Under the pieces are notes generated by a model, which ran no database searches, was not told the DNA's origin, and saw only the letters and a list, made by a program, of their open reading frames with translations. The position numbers were made by a program, and so were the translations under genes. Shown here one piece after another: positions 53,928 through 64,000 of a DNA stretch of 64,000 nucleotides. How positions within the stretch are numbered: the first letter of the stretch is position 1; the number at the start of each line of letters is the position of its first letter. The stretch lies in assembly GCA_964016885.1 (NCBI GenBank), contig OZ024759.1, forward strand, positions 4,030,001 to 4,094,000, read 5' to 3'. The DNA is from Eledone cirrhosa (taxonomy: Eukaryota).

Positions 53928-55799
53928 TCAATACATAAACAGAGAAAGCCTTAAGCGATACTCTGACCAACACCATCTCACTCAACAAACATTAGGATAT
54001 ACCTAAGTATTATCCCAATTTAGTGTTTGGGGTGCTAACTAATCAGTATTTCGTGGATAGCTGGTTGTATTATTTTATATGAGACATTATTAAATAAATA
54101 TCTCTTTCCCTCCAGACGGCCGTTTCATTATAAGATTTCTACAATTTGGAATAAATAATTTCCAGGTTATGTAGAAACTTGTATATAATCCATAGTTTTA
54201 TACACAAGTGGGCTCTTATAAACTCATCAGTGGATGCCCAAATAATATCGATATAAGAATTATATCGACATTAATAGATTAGTGATGGTCTCCCTCAACG
54301 CTAAGAAGAGACTGGTAGTTCAGAAAATCCAGCAGTCCTCTCAAAGATAAAATACACGCTGTACCCAAAAGGGTAAAGGGAGGTCATCTTAAAATAAACC
54401 AATATACACGCTGGTCATTTAAACCTGTTAGGTATTAACCACATGTATAAGAACTCAATTGGATAGTAAAAGAATAACTATATGTATACACAACCAATGC
54501 ACACATAGAGATAACACATAATAAATACATGTATGGATCCCCCATATACACACACAGCCACTCTCTAAGGCTAAATCAGACATGGGATACAAGGAAGATC
54601 AATCAGTATTTCATATAAAAAATAATAATAATAAAGTGCAGGGTGATAAAAATTAACGGTAGCCACGGAGCAGGCAGACTCAGAAAAACCTGGGATGACT
54701 TGATAAATTCCGACCTCACACCTCTCCAAGACAATGTCACTGGACCGAGATCTTTGGCGCCACACAGAAGACCCGCCTTGCCTAAGTACAAAGCGAAACC
54801 TACAGTCAGTAGGCACCTCTAACAAAATACACCCCTGTCCCACTACCCCACCCCATCCACACCACCCCCTTAAATGTGAAGTTATGTTGGTACCACAACA
54901 TCCAGTCCGAAACAAATGAGGTTGTGTAGGTGTCACAACAGAAAAAACACACAGTCCACGCTGTAATGTGGCCGTGTAGGTAACACGGTAAAAACCTCCC
55001 AGTCCACACTGTAAACGTGGTTGGTGTTAGGAAGGGCATCCAGCCATAGAAAACTTGCCAGTCAGTCCTATACGAGCAGGACAACGAATATTGCCTCAAG
55101 TGGGAAAACTCCCGTCCAAACCCATGCAAGCGTGGAAGATGGACGTTAAACGATGATAATGATGATGATGATGATGATGAAAGAGAGTCATACCTTATAT
55201 CTGGAAATCATATCTGGCCACCAAGAGTATATATTCAATACATAAACAGAGAAAGCCTTAAGCGATACTCTGACCAACTCCATCTCACTCAACAAACATT
55301 AGGATATACCTAAGTATTTTCCTAATTTAGTGTTTGGGGTGCTAACTAATCAGTATTTCGTGGATAGCTGGTTGTATTATTTTATATGAGACATTATTAA
55401 CTAAATATCTCTTTCCTTCCAGACGGCCGTTTCCTTATAAGATTTCTACAATTCGGGATAAATAATTTCCAGGTTATGTAGAAACTTGTATATAATCCAT
55501 AGTTTTATACACAAGCGGGCTCTTATAAACTCATCAGTGGATGCCCAAATAATATCGATATAAGAATTATATCGACATTAATAGATTAGTGATGGTCTCC
55601 CTCAGCGCTAAGAAGATCCAGCGCTTAGAAAATCCAGCAGTCCTCTCAAAGATAAAATACACGCTGTCCCCAAGAGGGTAAGGGGAGGTCATCTTAAAAT
55701 AAAACAATATACACGCTGGTCATTTAAACCTGTTAGCTATTAACCACGTGTATAAGAACTCAATTGGATATTAAAAGAATAACTATATGTATACACAAT

Positions 55800-55803
<4 letters not shown>
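53928..55803 (-). mobile_element. About 570-bp direct repeat (53928-54497 / 55235-55803), probable Penelope-like terminal repeats, separated by a LINE 3' fragment
   Basis: Two highly similar copies in (TA)n context, each with a hammerhead remnant (caucca CUGAUGA G..UA uggau). Confidence 0.55.
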
Positions 55804-55841
<38 letters not shown>

Positions 55842-56063
55842 CAAATATTTCAAATATTTCAGATCAGTGGTTGGCGTTGGGAAGGGCATCCAGCCGTAAA
55901 AAAACAGTCAGAAACTCTCGTATATGAGCGAGACATGGTCACTTGACCCAACATGCCTCTAAATGGGACAACCCTGTCTAACCCATGCTAGCATGGAAGA
56001 TAGACGTTAATTGATGATGATGATGATACATACATATATATATAGCTACATTACACCACTTAC

Positions 56064-56201
56064 CTGTCTGACAGTTGCTACCTTCATAACCAGCAGTACA
56101 CCCTCCACTGTAACACACACCTGTCTCTGTGTTACATTTGCTGTTGTCTGCACAGTGACAATTTCTACTACAGCTGGGACCAAACTTTCCTACAGGACAC
56201 A
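56064..56201 (-). CDS. EGF-like exon E2
   Basis: CPVGKFGPSCSRNCHCADNSKCNTETGVCYSGGCTAGYEGSNCQT; tttctatag acceptor, GTAAGT donor, 138 bp. Confidence 0.9.
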
Positions 56202-56295
56202 CTATAGAAAATATTTAAAATTCACTTCTAATATTCACTCACTTTTTTCAGGTAACATGTTTGATGTTTGTAAAACCTATGAAGACCTGCACTAT

Positions 56296-56343
<48 letters not shown>

Positions 56344-56475
56344 TATACATATATATATATACACATATATATACATATATATATATATACACATATATAT
56401 ATACATATATACTGAAGTAAAAGTTAAGTGGAAATATCCAAGAGTAAGAGCACTCAGTCCATAGGACGAGTTTAG

Positions 56476-57124
56476 TATAAATAATTACAACAGTGACATA
56501 AACAGGTACTCAAGTTTGAATGGGTTCTGGGCCCCAATTTCTTCAGCCTGTCATGAGATGTTTTCCATTTTCCTCATGACAGGCTGAAGAAATTTGGGGC
56601 CGAGAACCCAACGAAACTTGAGTACCTGTTTATGTCACTGTTGTAATTATTTATATCTATATACATATATATATATATATATATATTCAAAATTAATTAA
56701 ATTAAATTAAATTAGATTAAGGGAGTCATGTCCAAGACATGCGCCATATCCACCGTAGAATAAGCTCAAAGATTTCAATGAATAGATCCGAGCATTTTAT
56801 ATCAACTAGAAATAGATTGACATATATATATATTTAAAATAAACACATGAAACAATGACAGGGTATAATTTGTAAAGTGTGTAATCACACATAGCTAGGT
56901 AGGTAACTAATTAAAGTTTAACTAGAGCTTCAAATATTTCCTTTTTAAAAAATTAATCATTTTTTAATTATTTTTTAAAAAGGTAATATTTGAAGCTCTA
57001 GTTAAACTTTAATTAGTTACCTACCTAGCTATGTGTGATTACACACTTTACAAATTATCCCCTGTCATTGTTTCATGTGTTTATTTTAAATATATATCTA
57101 TGTCAATCTATTTCTAGTTGATAT
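56476..57124. repeat. Two adjacent long fold-back hairpins (56476-56655 and 56799-57124)
   Basis: Near-perfect reverse-complement arms of about 80 and about 155 bp, bounded by (TA)n. Confidence 0.9.
56575..56634 (+). ncRNA. Type I hammerhead motif in a fold-back element
   Basis: caugacagg CUGAAGA aauUUGGG..CCCAAc GAAAC uuga GUA/ccuguuuaug; the inverted copy on the minus strand (56501-56555) has GAAA changed to CAAA. Confidence 0.7.
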
Positions 57125-57752
57125 ATATATATATATCCAGGGAGTGTAACATGAAGTTACTGTAGGTTCACCCAGGTGAGCACTCAATCTTTAGATTCTC
57201 GTCCATCATTACAACAGCAGAGGTCCGACGACCTTTTGATTCCTCAGTCTGGCTAGATCAATACTGATCAAACTTTGAGCTGAGCAATAGCAAAACGTGC
57301 ATCACCAATCAATAAATGTAATGAAGGCTTAACAAATCGTCATTGTATTATTATTATTATACACACACACACACATATATATGTATATATAAATATATAT
57401 ATATATATTTATATATATATCACAGAAAAAAAGATAGGAAAATCTGCTTCATAGAATCAAAACGTATCTGAGGACCTTGCGATTTTCAGAGTCAGGTTTG
57501 ATCATCACATCGATCGTGCCTCGAGCTGGTCGCCAGAGAAACAATTGTAATATGTCCAATAAATTCCATTCGTCGCAACACTGATTCCCTTCTTTTCTGT
57601 GACATCATACTCTGCTCTATGAGAGCATTGAGTGCTCAAATGGCCTACCTCATACGGACACTTTAAGCATCCAACACCAATTATATATATATATATACAC
57701 ACACACATATATATACACACCCACACACATATATATATATACACATATGTAT

Positions 57753-57797
<45 letters not shown>

Positions 57798-57811
57798 TAT
57801 ATATACACACC

Positions 57812-57850
<39 letters not shown>

Positions 57851-57886
57851 GTATACACATATATATATATATATATGTACACACCT

Positions 57887-59115
57887 CATCATCATCAGGT
57901 CGAGCTTGCTCGGCTTTCTACGACACGTTTCCTCCATCCATCTCTGTCTCTCATAGCGTTTGCCAGTTCTTCCGCAGTGCATCCAGTATCATCCTCAAGT
58001 TGCTTGACGTATAACAACACATCACCTGCTATAACAACACATCACCTGCTATATCTTCCTTGCTGCGCCAACAGTGGCCAGCAAATCTGAGTCTCTGTCC
58101 ACGTATTGACCTCCTGATAGGTGGTATATTGCCATAGAGATCCTTATTTGTTGGGTGTTCCCTCGAAGACACATTTAAAGCAGCGTGGAGCATACGTGTG
58201 TATGCCCCGTCTAGCTTTTTCTCCAGTTTTGACGTTAGCGTCCAAGTGATAGAGCCATAAACAAACACAGACTCCACAGCAGCTCTGAAGAAATTCCTTT
58301 TCAGTTTGACCGGCAGGTTTGATTTCTATATCTTCTCCATTGCATTCAATGCTCCCCAGGCTTTTCCCAGTCTGTTGTTAACATCATGTTCTGTGGAGGC
58401 GATATAGCTACCCAGGTATTTGAAGTCGTCAACTTGCTTGATTATATCGTCGTTTAGACTTCGCATACCAACTGAGGAGTCTTGGTTCAGGCAAATATAT
58501 TCTGTTTTGCCTGTGTTGACATAGAGTCGGATTTCCTTTGCAACTGATTCGATGCTGTGAAGTAGTGATGTTGCATCCTTAAGGTAGTCAGCGAGGACCG
58601 CTAAATCATCCGCATAGTCAGCATCGGTGATTTTCTGAGCTGCATGGCGTCTACACTTTCACTTTGTGAGAGTGAAACCAAGCTCTAAGTTTTCGTCCAG
58701 GGCTTTTCTCAATACATAGTCGAGGCAGATGATAAAAAATGTATGGTGCAAGAGTATCCCCTTGGAGTACTCCTGCAATGATGTCAAAGAAGTTGGTATC
58801 TCCATCAGGTGAGCGCACCATTGCGCAGGTGTTTTTATATAACATCATGATGGCATTTACTGTTTCCCTTGGCAAGCCGTAGGCTAGAAGTATCTCTCTC
58901 ATCCTCCCACGATGGATGGAATCGAATGCTTTTGAAAAGTCAATAAACAGGAGAGTTGCTGGGAGGTTTGGGCTTTTACACCTTCCAAGATACGCCGAAT
59001 AGTAAGTATTTGCCCTGATGTTGATCTGTTGGTGCGGAAGCCCTTTTGGTTTTTTCTCAGCAAGGGGTCAATGACAGATCTTATTCTGTCAAACAGCATG
59101 AGATTGTATATCTTT
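57887..59115 (-). mobile_element. Truncated, internally deleted RTE-type LINE RT fragment
   Basis: [49 protein letters not shown]; several frameshifts; (GAT)n tail. Confidence 0.88.
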
Positions 59116-59205
59116 GCGTGTGTGTATATATATACACACACACACACATATATATGTATACACACACACACATATATACTGTAATATACATCATAATATA
59201 CATAC

Positions 59206-59339
59206 CATGGTGACAGTCAGGTCCCTGGTAACTGGGTTGACAACCTCCACTGGAACACACACCTGTGATGAAGTTGTGGTGACATCAGCACAGTGGCAGG
59301 TTTCTTTACAGTTGAGGCCGTAGTTACCTTGACGACACT
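59206..59339 (-). pseudogene. Pseudo-exon a (134 bp, frameshift)
   Basis: CRQGNYGLNCKETCHCADVT, then a 4-bp deletion removing Cys5, then NFITGVCSSGGCQPSYQGPDCHH; weak GAG acceptor, donor GTATGT. Confidence 0.8.
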
Positions 59340-59369
59340 CTCAAATATTGGACATTATGTACCAACATT

Positions 59370-60382
59370 ACCACCACCACCACCACACCATCACCATCAT
59401 CACCATTGTCCTCCTCACAACCACCACCAACATCACCAGCACCACCACCACCACCAGCACCACCACCACCACCATCATCACCACCCCCAGCACCACCACC
59501 ACCATCATCACCACCACCAGCACCACCACCACCACCACCACCATCACCACCACCACCATCATTCTTATCACCATCACCACCACCACCATCATTCTTATCA
59601 CCATCACCACCACCATCACCACCACCACCACCACCACCACCACCACCACCACCATCACCACCCCCATCGCCACCACCATCACCACCACCATCACCATCAC
59701 CACCACCACCACCATCACCATCACCACCACCACCACCACCACCACCACCACCACCGCCACCACCACCGCTACCACCACCACCACCACCACCACCACCACC
59801 GACATCACCAACACCACCACCACTACCGCCACCGCCACCACCACCACCATCACCACCACCACCACCACCACCATCACCACCACCACCACCACCACCGCCA
59901 CCACCGCCACCACCACCGCCACCACCACCACCATCACCACCGCCACCACCGCCACCGCCGCCACCGCCACCGCCACCACCACCACCATCACCACCACCAC
60001 CACCATCACCACCACCACCACCAACACCACCACCACCACCGCCATCACCAACACCACCACCACCACCACCACCAAACACCACCATCACCACCACCACCAC
60101 CACCACCACCACCACCACCACCACCACCACCACCACCACCACCGCCATCACCACCACCACCACCAACACCATCATCACCATCACCACCATCATCACCATC
60201 ACCACCACCACCGCCACCATCACCAACACCACCACCGCCACCACCGCCACCACCGCCACCACCACCACCACCACCACCACGACCATCATCACCACCATCA
60301 TCATCACCACCATCACCACCACCACCACCATCATCATCACCACCACCACCACCACCACCACCACCACCATCATCACCACCAT
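59370..60382. repeat. About 1-kb imperfect (CAC)n microsatellite
   Basis: Direct reading; source of the poly-His/Pro/Thr/Gly/Val ORFs. Confidence 0.97.
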
Positions 60383-60399
60383 CTGCGAGATCAAAAATA

Positions 60400-63300
60400 C
60401 TGTTGTGGTCCCATTCCATTACTTCACCAATCTTGTAGACCCTAAATATTGTAATGGTCACTGTCCCTTCTCTTCCACCAATCTGGGAGTCACTAAATAC
60501 TGTCATGGTTCCTGTTCCTCCCTCCAGTAATCTTGGAGACCCTAAATACTGTTGTAGTACCTTCCCATTCCTTCCACTAATTTTGGAGACCCTAAATATT
60601 GCAATGGGTACTGTCCCTTCCTTCCTTTCCATCAATCTAGGGGACCCTAAATACTGTTCTGGTCCCTGTCTCTTCTCTTCCACCAATCAGTGAGTCCCTT
60701 AATACTGCCGTGGTCCCTGTCTCTTCTCTTCCACCAATCAGTGAGTCCCTTAATACTGTTGTGGTCCCTGTCTCTTCTCTTCCACCAATCAGTGAGTCCC
60801 TTAATACTGTTGTGGTCCCTGTCTCTTCTCTTCCACCAATCAGTGAGTCCCTAAATACTGTTGTGGTCCCTGTCTCTTCTCTTCCACCAATCAGTGAGTC
60901 CCTTAATACTGTTGTGGTCCCTGTCTCTTCTCTTCCACCAATCAGTGAGTCCCTAAATACTATCATGGTCCCTGTCTCTTCTCTTCCACTAATCAGTGAG
61001 TCCCTTAATACTGTTGTGGTCCCTGTCTCTTCTCTTCCACCAATCAGTGAGTCCCTAAATACTATCATGGTCCCTGTCTCTTCTCTTCCACCAATCAGTG
61101 AGTCCCTTAATACTGTTGTGGTGCCTGTCTCTTCTCTTCCACCAATCAGTGAGTCCCTTAATACTGCCGTGGTCCCTGTCTCTTCTCTTCCACCAATCAG
61201 TGAGTCCCTTAATACTGTTGTGGTCCCTGTCTCTTCTCTTCCACCAATCAGTGAGTCCCTTAATACTGTTGTGGTCCCTGTCTCTTCTCTTCCACCAATC
61301 AGTGAGTCGCTAAATACTGTTGTGGTCCCTGTCTCTTCTCTTCCACTAATCAGTGAGTCCCTTAATACTGTTGTGGTCCCTGTCTCTTCTCTTCCACCAA
61401 TCAGTGAGTCCCTAAATACTATCATGGTCCCTGTCTCTTCTCTTCCACCAATCAGTGAGTCCCTTAATACTGTTGTGGTCCCTGTCTCTTCTCTTCCACC
61501 AATCAGTGAGTCCCTTAATACTGTCGTGGTCCTTGTCTCTTCTCTTCCACCAATCAGTGAGTCCCTTAATACTGTTGTGGTCCCTGTCTCTTCTCTTCCA
61601 CCAATCAGTAAGTCCCTTAATACTGTTGTGGTGCCTGTCTCTTCTCTTCCACCAATCACTGAGTCCCTTAATACTGTTGTGGTCCCTGTCTCTTTTCTTC
61701 CACCAATCAGTGAGTCCCTTAATACTGTCATGGTCCCTGTCTCTTCTCTTCCACCAATCAGTGAGTCCCTTAATACTGTCGTGGTCCCTGTCTCTTCTCT
61801 TCCACCAATCAGTGAGTCCCTTAATATTGTCATGGTCCCTGTCTCTTCTCTTCCACCAATCAGTGAGTTCCTTAATACTGTTGTGGTCCCTGTGTCTTCT
61901 CTTCCACCAATCAGTGAGTCCCATAATACTGTCGTGGTCCCTGTCTCTTCTCTTCCACCAATCAGTGAGTCCCTTAATACTGTTGTGGTCCCTGTCTCTT
62001 CTCTTCCACCAATCAGTGAGTCCCTTAATACTGTCGTGGTCCCTGTCTCTATCTTCCACCAATCAGTGAGTCCCTAAATACTGTTGTGGTCCCTGTCGCT
62101 TCTCTTCCACCAATCAGTGAGTCTCTTAATACTGTCGTGGTCCCTGTCTCTATCTTCCACCAATCAGTGAGTCCCTAAATACTGTTGTGGTCCCTGTCTC
62201 TTCTCTTCCACCAATCAGTGAGTCCCTTAATACTGTTGTGGTCCCTGTCTCTATCTTCCACCAATCAGTGAGTCCCTAAATACTGTTGTGGTCCCTGTCT
62301 CTTCTCTTCCACCAATCAGTGAGTCCCTAAATACTGTTGTGGTCCCTGTCTCTTCTCTTCCACCAATCAGTGAGTCCCTTAATACTGTCGTGGTCCCTGT
62401 CTCTTCTCTTCCACCAATCAGTGAGTCCCTAAATACTGTTGTGGTCCCTGTCTCTTCTCTTCCACCAATCAGTGAGTCCCTAAATACTGTTGTGGTCCCT
62501 GTCTCTTCTCTTCCACCAATCAGTGAGTCCCTTAATACTGTCGTGGTCCCTGTCTCTTCTCTTCCACCAATCAGTGAGTCTCTTAATACTGTTGTGGTCC
62601 CTGTCTCTTCTCTTCCACCAATCAGTGAGTCCCTAAATACTGTTGTGGTCCCTGTCTCTTCTCTTCCACCAATCAGTGAGTCCCTAAATACTATCATTGT
62701 CCCTGTCTCTTCTCTTCCACCAATCAGTGAGTCCCTTAATACTGTCGTTGTCCCTGTCTCTTCTCTTCCACCAATCAGTGAGTCTCTTAATACTGTTGTG
62801 GTTCCTGTCTCTTCTCTTCCACCAATCAGTGAGTCCCTAAATACTATCATTGTCCCTGTCTCTTCTCTTCCACCAATCAGTGAGTCCCTTAATACTGTCG
62901 TTGTCCCTGTCTCTTCTCTTCCACCAATCAGTGAGTCCCTAAATACTGTTGTGGTCCCTGTCTCTTCTCTTCCACCAATCAGTGAGTCCCTTAATACTGT
63001 CGTGGTCCCTGTCTCTATCTTCCACCAATCAGTGAGTCTCTTAATACTGTCGTGGTCCCTGTCTCTTCTCTTACACCAATCAGTGAGTCCCTAAACACTG
63101 TTGTGGTCCCTGTCTCTTCTCTTCCACCAATCAGTGAGTCCCTTAATACTGTTGTGGTCCCTGTCTCTTCTCTTCCACCAATCAGTGAGTCCCTAAATAC
63201 TGTTGTGGTCCCTGTCTCTTCTCTTCCACCAATCAGTGAGTCCCTTAATACTGTTGTGGTCCCTGTCTCTTCTCTTCCACCAATCAGTGAGTCTCTTAAT

Positions 63301-63838
63301 ACTGTCGTGGTCCCTGTCTCTTCTCTTACACCAATCAGTGAGTCCCTAAATACTGTTGTGGTCCCTGTCTCGTCTCATCCACCAATCATTGAGTCCCTTA
63401 ATACTGTCATGGTCCCTGTCTCTTCTCTTCCACCAATCAGTGAGTCCCTAAATACTGTCGTGGTCCCTGTCACTTCTCTTCCACCAATCAGTGAGTCCCT
63501 TAATACTGTTGTGGTCCCTGTCTCTTCTCTTCCACCAATCAGTGAGTCCCTTAATACTGTTGTGGTCCCTGTCTCTTCTCTTCCACCAATCAGTGAGTCC
63601 CTAAATACTATCATGGTCCCTGTCTCTTTTCTTCCACCAATCAGTGAGTCCCTTAATACTGTTGTGGTCCCTGTCTCTTCTCTTCCACCAATCAGTGAGT
63701 CCCTAAATACTATCATGGTCCCTGTCTCTTCTTTTCCACCAATCAGTGAGTCCCTTAATACTGTCGTGGTCCCTGTCTCTTCTCTTCCACCAATCAGTGA
63801 GTCCCTAAATACTATCATGGTCCCTGTCCCTTCCCTCT
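60400..63838. repeat. 51-bp minisatellite, about 62 homogeneous plus about 5 degenerate copies
   Basis: Unit GGTCCCTGTCTCTTCTCTTCCACCAATCAGTGAGTCCCTTAATACTGTTGT; ends about 25 bp from the E1 donor. Confidence 0.95.
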
Positions 63839-63865
63839 CTAAAGGGTAAACAGATAAAAACTTAC

Positions 63866-64000
63866 TTGACTGGCAGCTGTGTCCCCTGTGACCAGGTGAG
63901 CACCTTCCATGGATGCAGATACCATTGTCAGAGTAACATTTGCCATTATTCAGACAGTGGCACTCCTTCACACAGTTGACACCAAACATGCCATGGGCAC
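63866..64000 (-). CDS. EGF-like exon E1 (5' end cut by window edge)
   Basis: (C)AHGMFGVNCVKECHCLNNGKCYSDNGICIHGRCSPGHRGHSCQS; donor A|GTAAGT. Confidence 0.9.

Larger units (their letters stand above)
4905..64000 (-). other. Internal part of a large spliced gene encoding tandem 8-Cys EGF/laminin-type repeats (MEGF10/CED-1/SREC-like or EGF-rich receptor ectodomain); extends beyond the window
   Basis: 18 AG/GT-bounded exons, 138 bp, phase 1-1, each C-x8-C-x3-C-x-C-x5-C-x6-C-x4-C-x8-C with G-x-F-G and G-Y/F-x-G motifs; all on the minus strand. Confidence 0.92.

Noticed and set aside
57262-57310. Additional hammerhead (GC-AATA-GC-AAAACGTGCATC)
   Set aside because: No intact CUGANGA in register and no stem I; too degenerate to support
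59293-60686. Poly-His/Pro/Thr/Gly/Val ORFs
   Set aside because: All are frames of a (CAC)n microsatellite
21606-63838. CRISPR-like arrays
   Set aside because: Pure head-to-tail units without unique spacers; no cas genes; eukaryotic context
20490-63838. Minisatellite unit lengths often multiples of three (33, 45, 48, 51, 54, 60)
   Set aside because: Others are not (13, 16, 20, 31, 38, 61), and two triplet ones derive from coding parents; no evidence of selection
60637-63849. Mucin-like 17-aa repeat ORFs
   Set aside because: 51-bp minisatellite open on both strands with frame-breaking indels, which argues against coding
4905-64000. Assigning MEGF10, MEGF11, SCARF or PTPR gene symbols
   Set aside because: Only EGF-like repeats are visible; EMI, TM and cytoplasmic domains are outside the window

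Overview
AT-rich, intron-rich animal genomic DNA. The SINE/LINE/microsatellite landscape looks like an octopus-type cephalopod (recognition from memory, not a database result). The window lies inside one large minus-strand gene. By reading splice sites I find 18 in-frame exons (17 complete at exactly 138 bp, one cut by the right edge), all phase 1-1. Each encodes one 8-Cys EGF/laminin-type repeat of the MEGF10/CED-1/SREC register. Six degenerate copies (frameshifted, deleted or fragmentary) are interleaved with them. The central exons (about 20-56 kb) are young near-identical duplicates that share intron flanks, while the outer ones are diverged. No signal peptide, TM or cytoplasmic exon is visible, so the gene cannot be named. 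The introns hold about 13 minisatellite families. Many abut splice sites, and several trace to a parent sequence: the exon itself (38/54/56/57 bp), a SINE (45 and 33 bp), a LINE RT motif (60 bp) and a TTAA-MITE end (48 bp). Also present are three decayed RTE-type LINEs, tRNA-SINEs, hAT and piggyBac-like MITEs, a 5S fragment, and several (TA)n-associated fold-back elements carrying minimal type I hammerhead ribozyme motifs (Penelope-like). Almost all long ORFs in the supplied track are repeat artefacts.
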